From Kofleriaceae bacterium (lineage in GTDB: Bacteria > Myxococcota_A > Polyangia > Haliangiales > Haliangiaceae), in NCBI GenBank assembly GCA_046597055.1, contig JBKJLC010000259.1:1-22841 (forward strand): 22,841 nt of DNA, in the 5' to 3' direction. Below are positions 1 to 9,084 of the stretch, piece after piece; position 1 is the first letter of the stretch; each line of letters starts with the position of its first letter. A program made the translations under genes and the position numbers. The notes beneath the pieces are model-generated. The model was not told where the DNA came from and ran no database searches. It saw only the letters and a program-made list of their open reading frames with translations.

Positions 1-166
1 GATCCTCGACCGTCTCGGAGTCCTTCGACAACTGCCAGACACTACCGCAGCCGATCGCGGCCGGTGCCGGCACACGCCGGCACGACCCTGGCACGACCGC
101 GCCGCACCTCGGTTCACGCGCCTCGGGTTTCGGCAGCTTGCGCCGCAGCTGTGGCCGCGCTGGCGC

Positions 167-182
167 TGGCGCAGCGGCTGCA
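167..182 (+). promoter_or_regulatory. Candidate sigma54 (-24/-12) promoter for the RHS gene
   Basis: TGGCGCAGCGGCTGCA fits GG-N10-GC and resembles TGGCACG-N4-TTGCW. It lies just upstream of ATG 195. Confidence 0.4.
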
Positions 183-194
183 ATCGCCGCTCGC

Positions 195-3100
195 ATGCAG
201 CTCAAGGTTTTACCCGGGTGCGCGCTCGCCGTCGCGGCGGGCGTGCTCGCCCTCGTCCACCCGACGCGCGCCGACGCGCAGGCCTCACCCCATGTCGATC
301 AGTTCAACGGCAGCTACACCGAGACGGTCGGGTTCGAGGTCCCCGGGTTCCGGGGCATCACGCCGCACCTGGCGGTCAGCTACGGCTCGAGCCGTCGCAA
401 CGGCCACGTCGGGGTCGGCTGGGCGCTCGAGGGGTTCGGCGTCATCGAGCGGATCGGCGTCGCGCGCGGCACGCCGCGGTACCAGGCCAGCGACGGCTTC
501 CTGCTCAACGGCGTCGAGCTGGTCGCCTGCCAGGTGGGGAGCGTGAGCCCGAGCTGCACGACCGGCGGCACCCACTCGACCAAGCTCGAGACCTACGAGC
601 GCATCCGGTTCGAGGCGGCGCCGAACCGGTGGACGGTGACCGCCAAGGACGGCACCCGCACGGTCTACGCCGCGATCCAGTCGGTCGCGGCCGGCACCTT
701 TCGCTGGGGCGTCGACACCGTCACCGACACCAGCAGCAACCTGGTCGACTATGCCTGGACCTGCTCTGACGACTGCTATCCCGATCGGATCAGCTACGGG
801 CAGGTGGTCGTCCAGCTGTACCGCGAGCCGCGCGGCGACGTGCTCACGACCGCGACCGGGGTTGGCCTGGTCACCAGCGGGCAGCGGCTGAAGTCGGTCG
901 ACGTCAAGGTGGCCGGCGCGCGCCTGCGCGCGTTTCGCCTGCAGTACCTGGACAGCCGCGCGACCAGCCGGTCGCTGCTCCAGCAGGTGACCGTCTACGA
1001 CCGTGACGCCACCGTCGACGCCGCCGGCAACGTCGCCGGCAACTCGCTGCCGGCGCCCCGGTTCAGCTACGCCGGCGCCGCGCCGGCGCTGCAGCCGGAG
1101 ACCTGGAGCACCTCGGCGACCGGCTTCTCCGACTCGCAGTACACGTGGTCGGCCGACGTCGACGGCGATGGCAAGACCGACATCGTCACCCGCGACGGTG
1201 CCAGCCTGCGGGTCGCCCGCTCGACCGGCCAGGCCTTCACGTATAGCACCTGGGAAGACAGCACGACCGGGTGGGGGACCGCCAACAACACCTGGCCGAT
1301 GGACGTCAACGCCGACGGCAAGACCGACATCGTCACCTACAACAGCGCCGGCCAGTTCCTGGTGGCGCGCTCGACCGGGACCTCGTTCGAGTACGAGAAC
1401 TGGGGGACCCAGACCGCGGGCTGGGGCGACGAGAACATGACCTGGCCGGCCGACGTCGACGGCAACGGCCGGATGGACCTGGTCTCGGTCGGCGGCGGCC
1501 AGCTGTACGTCGCGCGCTCGCTCGGCGACCGGTTCTTCTTCCAGGCCCCGTTCAACGCGATCGCGTTCGGCGGCGCCGGCTTCACCTGGGCGGTCGACGC
1601 CAACGGCGACGGCATGACCGACGTGGTCACCGGCAACGGCAGCAGCATCAACGTCGCCGTCTCGACCGGCACCTCGTTCGTCGGCGAGACCTGGCAGGCC
1701 GCGGCGTCGTCGTGGGGCGCGTCCGGGTTCACCTGGCCCGGGGACGTGAACGGGGACGGCCGCACCGACATCATCACCGCCAGCGGCGCGACCATCTCGG
1801 TCGCGCGCTCGACCGGCACCAGCTACGTGTGGGAGACCTGGACCACCGCGGCCTCCGGCTGGGGTGGCTCCGACTTCACCTGGCCGGCCGACGTCAACGG
1901 CGACGGCAAAACCGACCTGGTCACCGCCGATGGCAGCAACCTCCGGGTCGCGCTGTCGAACGGCTCGTCGTTCGCCTGGTCGACCTGGTCGACCACCGCG
2001 GGCCCGTTCGGCGGCGCTGCCTTCACCTGGCTGGTCGACGCCAACGGTGACGGCATGGCCGACCTGGTGACCGCCAACGGCGCGACCATCTCGGTCGCGC
2101 GCTCGACCGGGACCTCGTTCAAGTGGGAGGTCCTGACCACCAGCGCGTCGGGCTGGGGCGCGGCCAGCGTCACCTGGCTGGGCTGGTCGCGCTCGGCGAG
2201 CAGCTCGCGCAGCAAGGGTCGGGTCGACGTCACCGGCACCGGCGGCGCCTCGATCGTCACCTGGAACGGCGCGACCCTGAAGGTCTATCGCGCGTACGAC
2301 ACGGTGCCGACCGGCGCGACCCTCAACGTGCGCGACCTGCTGGTCCGGGTCGACACCGCGCTCGGCGGGATCCGGGTCGTCACCTACCAGCCGTCGACGC
2401 TGTGGCCGAACACGGCGGCGCCCCCGCCGGTCCAGATCGTGACCAAGGTCATCGAGATCGACGGGCGTGGCACCAGCGCGCCGACCTGGCTGTTCGGGTA
2501 TGCCGGCGGCCTGTACGACCGCGCCGAGCGCCGGTTCCTCGGCTTCCACTACGTCAAGCAGACGCTGCCGTGCATCGACGGCGAGCGCGCCTGTCCGTAC
2601 ATCGAGACCACGTTCAAGCAGAGCCACGGCTCGATCGCCAAGCCCGACGTGATCCGCACCTCGACTGGCGCCGGCCAGACCCTGACCTCCTCGACGATCG
2701 GCTACACCGAGAACGGCCTCACCATCCCGTACACCTCGCTCGAGACCTCGCGCGGCGAGTACGTCACCGATGGCGATGGCATCGGCCGCGGCACCTTCCG
2801 GACCACCGCCTACGACGGGTACGGCAACGTGACCCACGAGGTCAGCTACGGCGACGACAACCTCGGCGACGAGAAGAACGCCCGCTACCTCTATCGGCCC
2901 AACACCACCGCCTACATCGTGAACCGGCCCGCGGTCGTGCGCGCCTTCGACGGCACCGGCGCCGCGACCACGCCGAAGCTGTCCGAGACGCTCTACCACT
3001 ACGACGGCGCCAGCAGCTCGGACACGCCGCCGACTCGGGGCCTGATCACGGCCAAGCTCGAGTGGCTCGACACCCTCGACGCCTACGTCACCACCCGGTC

Positions 3101-6100
3101 CGAGTACGACAGCTTCGGCAACCTGACCGCCCAGGTCGATGCGCTCGGTGGCCGGGTCCAGACCGAGCACGATCCGGTCTTTCACCTGTACCCGACCACG
3201 ATCACCGATCCGCTGGGCCGCACGATCACGCAGACGTTCGACATCGTGTGCGGCGTGGTGAGGGGCGTGAAGGACCTGCGGGGCCAGAACACCACCACGA
3301 CCCTCGACGGGTTCTGCCGGCCCGTGATCCGGATCCTGCCCGGCGGTCAGGGCAACTTCGAGTCGCGCGGCTACGCCAACCTGGGTAGCGCCACCACGCA
3401 GTACCAGGAGGTCACGACCCCGGGCCCGACCGGGGCGCCCAACGGCTTCGTGCGCAGCTACTTCGACGGGCTCGGCCGGGTGTACCTGGTCGAGCGCACC
3501 GGCGGCGCCGCCGGCGTGACGATCCGCGCGGAGCAGGAGTACGACGCGCGCGGCAACCTGCGCCGGCAGGCCGCGCCTCATTACAGCACCGCGCCCGCGC
3601 AGTGGTCGACCCTGAGCTATGACGGCCTTGACCGCGTCGTCCGCGTGACCCACGCCGATCAGAGCTTCGCCACCCGCAGCTACGGGTTCGACCGCGGGAC
3701 CGCCGTGACCACCGATACCGACGAGCTCGGCCGGGCCAGCGTCCAGGTCGCCGACGCCTTCGGTCGGCTGACCGAGCGCCGGGAGCTGCTCGACAACACC
3801 TGGCGGGTGACGACCTACCGCTACGATCCGCGCGGCAACCTGAGCAAGGTCGTCGATCCGGCCGGCAACCTGACCGTGTACACGACCGACTCGCTGCAGC
3901 GGCGCACCCAGGTCGAGGATCCCGATCTCGGCACCTGGCGTTACCAGCTCGACGCGCTCGGTCGCACCACCGCGATCGTCGACGCCAAGGGTCAGCGGGT
4001 CGAGCATACCTACGATCCGCTGAGCCGCCGGCGCACGAAGACCACCCGGCACGCCAGCGGGACTGTCGAGGCGACCGTGACGTGGACCTACGACGAAGCT
4101 CGGACCGGGTACTTCAACACCGGCCTCCTGACCTCGATGACCGACAGCGCCGGCGCGGCGACCTTCGATCACGATCGCGCCGGCCGGCAGGTCAAGGGCA
4201 CCCGCGTCGTCGACGGCGTCGCGTACACGTTCCACAAGGCCTACGACAAGGTGGGCCGGCTGCTCGGGACCCGCTTCCCGGATGGCGACGTGGTCGGCCT
4301 CGATCCGACCACCGCGACCGGCACGGCGCTGCAGTACGACCTGGCCGGCCGGCTGATCGCGATCCCGGGCATCGTCGCCGGCGCCCAGTACACCGCCGAC
4401 GGTCAGCTCACCCATCACGTCAACCAGGACGGGACCACCACGACCCGCAGCTACGACCCGGCCCGCGGCTGGCTGGTCGGCATCAACACCGTGAAGGGCG
4501 CCACCACGCTCCAGAACCTGGTCTACACCCGCAGCCTGGTCGGTCAGGTCAGCCAGGTGACCAGCCCGTTCGCCGGCGAAGGCTGGAGCTACGGCTACGA
4601 TGCGCTCGACCGCCTGACCGCGGCGACCAGCCTGTCGAGCACGGCGCACAGCCAGAGCTTCCTCTACGACGCGGTCGGTAACCTCACGCTCAACTCGCGG
4701 GTCGGGACGTACGCATACCCGGCCCCCGGCACGCCGCGGCCGCACGCGGTGACCACCGCCGGCGCCAACAGCTACCAGTACGACGCCAACGGTAACCTGA
4801 CCAGCGGCGGCGGCCGGACCATCGGCTACGACGTCGAGAACCGGCCGGTCACCATCAACGGTGCCCAGTACCGCTACGACGGCGAGGGCGGGCGGGTGAA
4901 GGTGGTCGCGTCCGGCGTGACCACGATCCACCTCGGCGATGGCTACGAGGTCGCCGCCGGCGTCGTGACCAAGCACGTCGTGCTGGGCGGCGTCCTCATC
5001 GCGAAGAAGACCGGCGCCACGGTCACCGCGCTGCACACCGATCACCTCGGCTCGGTGCAGGCGATGACGGTCGCCGGCACCCTGGTCCAGCGCATCACCT
5101 ACCGGCCGTACGGCGAGCGGCTGGCCACCACCAGCACGGTCGGCCAGCCCCGCGGCTTCACCGGCCAGGAGCAGGACGCCACCGGCCTGCTCTACCTGCA
5201 CGCCCGCTACTACGACCCGATGCTCGGCCGCTTCCTGTCACCGGATCCGACCATCCCGTCGCCGCGCCTGCTCGGGCTCAACCGCTACGCGTACGCCCAG
5301 GACAACCCGGTCAACCTGGTCGACCTCGACGGTCTCGGCTTCTGGGGCAAGGTCGGTGACGTCTTCGAGAAGGGCTGGCAGCCGTTCGCCAACATCGGCG
5401 CGCTGGTCAAGACCGCGGCCGGCGAGAAGGGCCAGTCGACCGAGACCCGCCTGCGCGCGCTCGGCGCGATCGCTATCATCGGCAGCTCGGTCACGCTGAC
5501 CGTGCTCACCGGCGGCATCTCGAGCCCGCTGGCCTACGTGGCGGCCAACGCCGCGATCGGGTTCGCCACCGGCGCCGGCACCGCGGCGGTCATGGGTGCG
5601 TCGATGGACGACGCGCTGCGCGCGGGGCTCATCGGGGCGGCGGTCGCCGGGGCGACCTCGGCCCTGAGCGTGGCCTACAAGGCCCAGATCGGGCGCGGCG
5701 CGCTCGACTACGAGTACAACGTGCCCGACACGTTCGGTGTCAACAGTGACGCCGCCGGCATGGCCGACGAAGGCGGCTGGCTCACGTACCTCATCAACCG
5801 GGTGCCCGGCGCGCAAGCCTGGTCGGGCGCGCACGACTACTGGATGGGCAGCCTCGACTACGTGACCGGCACGCGGCCGGGCTTCGCGCTGGTCGGCTGG
5901 AAGATCTCGACCGGCTTCGCGTGGCTGATCGCGGCCGGGCCGCCGACGTTCGTCCAGACCTACGCGGCGCTGGCGGCCGAGACCGGCGTGAGCGCCGCGA
6001 TCGCCGGCGGCATGACCGCGACCGATCACCGCCGCGACGGCATCGGCGCGTCGACCCTCGGCTTCCTCGCCAACAGCTCGGGCGAGGCGGTCGGGATCCG

Positions 6101-6170
6101 CTCCGGCGGCCACGCGCTGCGCGGGGGCGGGGGCGGCAGCGCGTCGCTGCTCGCGATCGATCCGCTGTGA
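195..6170 (+). CDS. Secreted RHS/YD-repeat protein with SpvB-like N-terminus, FG-GAP/VCBS repeats and RHS core (TcB+TcC-like fusion, polymorphic toxin candidate)
   Basis: ATG at 195 gives a signal peptide (MQLKVLPGCALAVAAGVLALVHPTRADA|QA). SpvB-like motif P-x-L-x-x-S-Y-x-S...G-x-x-G-x-GW. Seven DxN/DGDG-type repeats plus one degenerate. TcdB-mid-like YAGGLYDRAERRFLGF. Many YD repeats. RHS core HTDHLGS...FTGQEQDATGLLYLHARYYDPMLGRFLSPDP...NRYAYAQDNPVNLVDLDG. Confidence 0.92.
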   Translation: MQLKVLPGCALAVAAGVLALVHPTRADAQASPHVDQFNGSYTETVGFEVPGFRGITPHLAVSYGSSRRNGHVGVGWALEGFGVIERIGVARGTPRYQASDGFLLNGVELVACQVGSVSPSCTTGGTHSTKLETYERIRFEAAPNRWTVTAKDGTRTVYAAIQSVAAGTFRWGVDTVTDTSSNLVDYAWTCSDDCYPDRISYGQVVVQLYREPRGDVLTTATGVGLVTSGQRLKSVDVKVAGARLRAFRLQYLDSRATSRSLLQQVTVYDRDATVDAAGNVAGNSLPAPRFSYAGAAPALQPETWSTSATGFSDSQYTWSADVDGDGKTDIVTRDGASLRVARSTGQAFTYSTWEDSTTGWGTANNTWPMDVNADGKTDIVTYNSAGQFLVARSTGTSFEYENWGTQTAGWGDENMTWPADVDGNGRMDLVSVGGGQLYVARSLGDRFFFQAPFNAIAFGGAGFTWAVDANGDGMTDVVTGNGSSINVAVSTGTSFVGETWQAAASSWGASGFTWPGDVNGDGRTDIITASGATISVARSTGTSYVWETWTTAASGWGGSDFTWPADVNGDGKTDLVTADGSNLRVALSNGSSFAWSTWSTTAGPFGGAAFTWLVDANGDGMADLVTANGATISVARSTGTSFKWEVLTTSASGWGAASVTWLGWSRSASSSRSKGRVDVTGTGGASIVTWNGATLKVYRAYDTVPTGATLNVRDLLVRVDTALGGIRVVTYQPSTLWPNTAAPPPVQIVTKVIEIDGRGTSAPTWLFGYAGGLYDRAERRFLGFHYVKQTLPCIDGERACPYIETTFKQSHGSIAKPDVIRTSTGAGQTLTSSTIGYTENGLTIPYTSLETSRGEYVTDGDGIGRGTFRTTAYDGYGNVTHEVSYGDDNLGDEKNARYLYRPNTTAYIVNRPAVVRAFDGTGAATTPKLSETLYHYDGASSSDTPPTRGLITAKLEWLDTLDAYVTTRSEYDSFGNLTAQVDALGGRVQTEHDPVFHLYPTTITDPLGRTITQTFDIVCGVVRGVKDLRGQNTTTTLDGFCRPVIRILPGGQGNFESRGYANLGSATTQYQEVTTPGPTGAPNGFVRSYFDGLGRVYLVERTGGAAGVTIRAEQEYDARGNLRRQAAPHYSTAPAQWSTLSYDGLDRVVRVTHADQSFATRSYGFDRGTAVTTDTDELGRASVQVADAFGRLTERRELLDNTWRVTTYRYDPRGNLSKVVDPAGNLTVYTTDSLQRRTQVEDPDLGTWRYQLDALGRTTAIVDAKGQRVEHTYDPLSRRRTKTTRHASGTVEATVTWTYDEARTGYFNTGLLTSMTDSAGAATFDHDRAGRQVKGTRVVDGVAYTFHKAYDKVGRLLGTRFPDGDVVGLDPTTATGTALQYDLAGRLIAIPGIVAGAQYTADGQLTHHVNQDGTTTTRSYDPARGWLVGINTVKGATTLQNLVYTRSLVGQVSQVTSPFAGEGWSYGYDALDRLTAATSLSSTAHSQSFLYDAVGNLTLNSRVGTYAYPAPGTPRPHAVTTAGANSYQYDANGNLTSGGGRTIGYDVENRPVTINGAQYRYDGEGGRVKVVASGVTTIHLGDGYEVAAGVVTKHVVLGGVLIAKKTGATVTALHTDHLGSVQAMTVAGTLVQRITYRPYGERLATTSTVGQPRGFTGQEQDATGLLYLHARYYDPMLGRFLSPDPTIPSPRLLGLNRYAYAQDNPVNLVDLDGLGFWGKVGDVFEKGWQPFANIGALVKTAAGEKGQSTETRLRALGAIAIIGSSVTLTVLTGGISSPLAYVAANAAIGFATGAGTAAVMGASMDDALRAGLIGAAVAGATSALSVAYKAQIGRGALDYEYNVPDTFGVNSDAAGMADEGGWLTYLINRVPGAQAWSGAHDYWMGSLDYVTGTRPGFALVGWKISTGFAWLIAAGPPTFVQTYAALAAETGVSAAIAGGMTATDHRRDGIGASTLGFLANSSGEAVGIRSGGHALRGGGGGSASLLAIDPL
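1140..2290 (+). repeat. Intragenic tandem FG-GAP/VCBS-like repeats, ~49 aa (147 nt) period
   Basis: Repeating unit TW-x-x-D-V-N/D-G-D-G-x-T-D-I/L-V-T...VARSTG-x-SF...W. An identical 33-nt stretch occurs at 1784-1816 and 2078-2110, 294 nt (2 x 147) apart. Confidence 0.9.
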
Positions 6171-6207
6171 TCCACCCGCCGAACCAGCCATCCACCAGGG
6201 AGACCCC

Positions 6208-6579
6208 ATGACCTCGCTCCGTACGCGCATCGTGCTGGCGACCGGCCTGATCGGCGCGCTGACCTTCGCTGGACTGTCGCTGCGCGAACTGGCGCGGGAA
6301 ACTGCCGGCGCCGGGCCGGCGGCGACCCGCGAACCGACCGGTCGCGCATCCGCGAGTGCGGCGGCGCCGACCCTGGCCCGGGGAGGCGATCTCGCTGCGC
6401 CTGCGGCTGGCGGCCCGCTCCCCGACGGCTACGTGTCCGCGCGGTCGGTCGCGAGCCCGCCCGACGATCCGTGGCCGGTGGCGGCGCCGGTGGTGCGGCC
6501 GCCGGCGCCGACCGGCGAGCTGCTTCGCCACAACCCGGGGGGCGTGACCGGCACGCGCGGCATGCGGACCTTGCCGTAG
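6208..6579 (+). CDS. Hypothetical protein with N-terminal hydrophobic anchor/signal, Pro/Ala-rich
   Basis: Shine-Dalgarno-like AGGGAG before the ATG. N-terminus MTSLRTRIVLATGLIGALTFAGLSL is hydrophobic. Starts 37 nt after the RHS stop. Confidence 0.65.
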   Translation: MTSLRTRIVLATGLIGALTFAGLSLRELARETAGAGPAATREPTGRASASAAAPTLARGGDLAAPAAGGPLPDGYVSARSVASPPDDPWPVAAPVVRPPAPTGELLRHNPGGVTGTRGMRTLP

Positions 6580-6713
6580 TCCGCCAGCGCGTCGGTGTCG
6601 AACCACGCGGCGCGCTGTTCGATCGTCATCACGAGATCGATCCGGACCGACGGTGTCGACGTGCGGTTCTGGGCACCTGCGCGCGGGTGTGTCGTTTGCA
6701 GAAGACACGAGGC

Positions 6714-7328
6714 ATGTCGTATCGCCTCGCGTCCTGTCTCGTGCTGCCGCTCCTCGCCGGCGCCGTCACGCTCGCCCTCGATCCGATCGTGGCCCGCGCC
6801 GACCGGGGTGACCACCACCTCGCGGTCGGCGTGGTGACCCAGACCGACAACCACAATCCGATCCTGGGCCGCGGACAGACGTCGCAGCTCGCGCTGACCG
6901 CGCGGGTTGGCCGGGAGGTCCGGGACGACCTGGAGGTGTTTGCGGGTGCGACCGGCGGCGTGGCCATGCCGTCGGAGGGTGGCGGCTGGTTCGCCGAGGC
7001 TGCGCTGGGTGGTCGGTGGATGCCGGTGCAGCACGGGCTGTTCCGCGCCGGCGTCGGGCTGTCGACCGGCTGGACCCGAGCCGCCTTCGAGAACAAGCAG
7101 ATCGAGGTCACCAGCCACGGGATCCACGTCGAGCCGTCGCTCGAGCTGGAGTGGCGCATCGGCCACCGGCTCGCGCTCGGCCTGTCGCTGTTCGCGCGCT
7201 CCGAGATCCTGGTCGGCGACGTTCACACCGACCACACCTACGACGGCACCTCCGACGTCCGCAGCGCCAGCGACGAGCCCCGTCAGGTCGGTGGCGGCGC
7301 GGCCCTGACGTTGCGGGCGACGTTCTGA
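6714..7328 (+). CDS. Outer-membrane beta-barrel protein (small, OmpA/OMP_b-brl-like)
   Basis: Signal peptide MSYRLASCLVLPLLAGAVTLALDPIVARA, alternating amphipathic strands, and C-terminal LTLRATF (terminal Phe, BAM beta-signal-like). Start reassigned from 6471 to ATG 6714. Confidence 0.75.
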   Translation: MSYRLASCLVLPLLAGAVTLALDPIVARADRGDHHLAVGVVTQTDNHNPILGRGQTSQLALTARVGREVRDDLEVFAGATGGVAMPSEGGGWFAEAALGGRWMPVQHGLFRAGVGLSTGWTRAAFENKQIEVTSHGIHVEPSLELEWRIGHRLALGLSLFARSEILVGDVHTDHTYDGTSDVRSASDEPRQVGGGAALTLRATF

Positions 7329-7361
7329 CCGGCGCCCTCCTCGGACCCCGCTGTCGCTGCG

Positions 7362-7398
7362 TCTCGCTGACGGACGTCATTGACAAACGTCAGCGAGA
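7362..7398. promoter_or_regulatory. Inverted repeat (probable TetR operator) overlapping a TTGACA -35 box
   Basis: TCTCGCTGACG(7362-7372)-GAC-GTCA-T-TGAC-AAA-CGTCAGCGAGA(7388-7398). Perfect 11-bp outer arms, inner GTCA/TGAC symmetry, TTGACA at 7380-7385. Confidence 0.65.
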
Positions 7399-7415
7399 TG
7401 CGCCAGAGTCCGGTC

Positions 7416-8246
7416 ATGTCGCTCGCAGGGTTCATCGCCGTCGCGATCGCCGGGGGCCTCGGGATGTACTTCGGCATCGGCGGGTTGCTGGAGCTCCGCT
7501 ACTACCGGCACCGAGATCGGGCGGCGGCATGGAAGCTCCAGCCCCGGCGGTGGCCGGGGCCGCGGGCGCGCCGCAACGAGATCCTGCTCGGCGCCGGCAA
7601 CACGATCGCGGCGTCGATCGCGTCGGGCTGGTTCGCCCATCACGTGGCCTCCGGCGGCGACACCACGATCTACTTCGACCTGTCCGCGCACGGGCTGGGG
7701 TTCTCGATCGCGACCACGCTCGTGTACTTCGTCGTCACCGACGGCGGGCTGTACGGGGCCCACCGACTGTTCCACCGGCGCCTGCTGTTCCGCCACATCC
7801 ACCGCGTCCACCACCGCTGGACCTCGCCGACCGCGTTCACCGCCGCCGCGATGCACCCGGTCGAGTTCGCGGTCTACCAGTCGCTGATGATCGTGCCGCT
7901 GTTCGTCCTGCCGATCCACGTGGTCGGGCTGGTGGCGGTGCTGGTCTACCAGAACACGATCGCGTTCCTCGATCACTCCGGGGTCAACTTCGGCTCGCTC
8001 TTGCCGTGGCAGCCCCCGCCGCGCTTCCACGACGACCACCACGTGTACTTCCACGTGAACTACGGCCAGACCCTGGGCCTGTGGGACCGGCTGTTCGGGA
8101 CCTGGCGCCGGACCGGCCGCGTGTATGGCGAGCAGGTGTTCGGCGGCAAGGGGGCGCCGCTCGGCGCCGATGCGGCGCCGTCCCGGCTCGTCGACTATCG
8201 CCAGCCCGCCCCCGCCACCCCCAGCACGATGGACACCGCCCCATGA
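7416..8246 (+). CDS. Sterol desaturase / fatty acid hydroxylase superfamily membrane di-iron enzyme (ERG3/C-5 desaturase-like)
   Basis: His boxes HRLFH, HRVHH and HDDHH, plus HPVE, DHSG and NYG...WDRLFGT motifs, with transmembrane segments. Start could be ATG 7398 or 7416. Confidence 0.9.
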   Translation: MSLAGFIAVAIAGGLGMYFGIGGLLELRYYRHRDRAAAWKLQPRRWPGPRARRNEILLGAGNTIAASIASGWFAHHVASGGDTTIYFDLSAHGLGFSIATTLVYFVVTDGGLYGAHRLFHRRLLFRHIHRVHHRWTSPTAFTAAAMHPVEFAVYQSLMIVPLFVLPIHVVGLVAVLVYQNTIAFLDHSGVNFGSLLPWQPPPRFHDDHHVYFHVNYGQTLGLWDRLFGTWRRTGRVYGEQVFGGKGAPLGADAAPSRLVDYRQPAPATPSTMDTAP

Positions 8247-9070
8247 GCCCGCTCCTCGATACCCGGGTCTTGACGATCCATGACCCGACCCGCTTGCCCT
8301 GGACCTTCGTCGGGCTGGAGCTGGTGGTGCTGCTGGTCGCCGTGCTCACGTATCGCCACGCGCTGCGCGCGCATCACCGCGGCGACCGCGCCGCGCGGCT
8401 GACGTGGTGGACGATCTTCGTCTACGGGCTGGCGATGGAGCTCCTGTCGTACAACTTCGTCGACAACTTCGCGCACGGCCAGTTCACGGTCATGTTCTAC
8501 GACCGCCAGCTGCCGCTCTACATCACGGTGATCTACCCGGTGATGCTCTACACCGGCATCGCGACCGCGCGCTGGCTCGGGCTGCGACCGGCGGCCGAGG
8601 CGATCGCGGCCGGCGTGCTGATCGTGGCCTGCGACGCGTCGTTCGACATGGTCGGCCCCGCGGCCGGCTGGTGGCGCTGGTTCGACAACGATCCCAACAT
8701 CGCCTACCGCTGGCTGGGCGTGCCGGTGACCAGCTACTACTGGCACTTCGGGTTCGGCGGCATCCTGGCCGCGGTCACCGCCCGCGCCGCGCGCAGCAAG
8801 ACGCCGTCACCGTGGCTGGCGTTCCCGCTGTCGGCGGTGATCATCGTCGCCGGCGTGATCTCGTTCCTGCCGTTCCACGGGCTCAAGGCGCTCGGCGTGA
8901 TCGACGGCGCGATCGTCGCCGCGGCGCTCGCCATCGGCGCGCTGATCGCGACCGTCGAGCTGGCGCGGCATCGCACGCCGCAGCCCACCGACCCGGCGCT
9001 GGCCAGCCTCTGGGGGCCGTTCGTGGGCTACCAGCTGCTGGTGGCGGCGTGGCTCCTCGCCGGCGGCTGA
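8243..9070 (+). CDS. Polytopic membrane protein, CruF/DUF7802-like
   Basis: ATGA overlap with the desaturase stop. Multiple TM helices. Motifs D-x-x-F-D-x-x-G-P-x-x-GWW-x-W and GVPVTSYYW resemble the CruF-type membrane fold. Family assigned from recall. Confidence 0.7.
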   Translation: MSPLLDTRVLTIHDPTRLPWTFVGLELVVLLVAVLTYRHALRAHHRGDRAARLTWWTIFVYGLAMELLSYNFVDNFAHGQFTVMFYDRQLPLYITVIYPVMLYTGIATARWLGLRPAAEAIAAGVLIVACDASFDMVGPAAGWWRWFDNDPNIAYRWLGVPVTSYYWHFGFGGILAAVTARAARSKTPSPWLAFPLSAVIIVAGVISFLPFHGLKALGVIDGAIVAAALAIGALIATVELARHRTPQPTDPALASLWGPFVGYQLLVAAWLLAGG

Positions 9071-9084
9071 TACACTGCGGTTGA

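Noticed and set aside
1140..2290. Repeats as a CRISPR array or DGR template/variable repeat
   Set aside because: They are in-frame ~147-nt protein repeats with synonymous-type divergence. There are no unique spacers, cas genes or reverse transcriptase.
285..5201. 1638-aa antisense ORF, and many other long overlapping Arg/Ala/Pro-rich ORFs
   Set aside because: Shadow frames of GC-rich genes, which have few stop codons. They carry no recognisable motifs and the opposite frame has clear domains.
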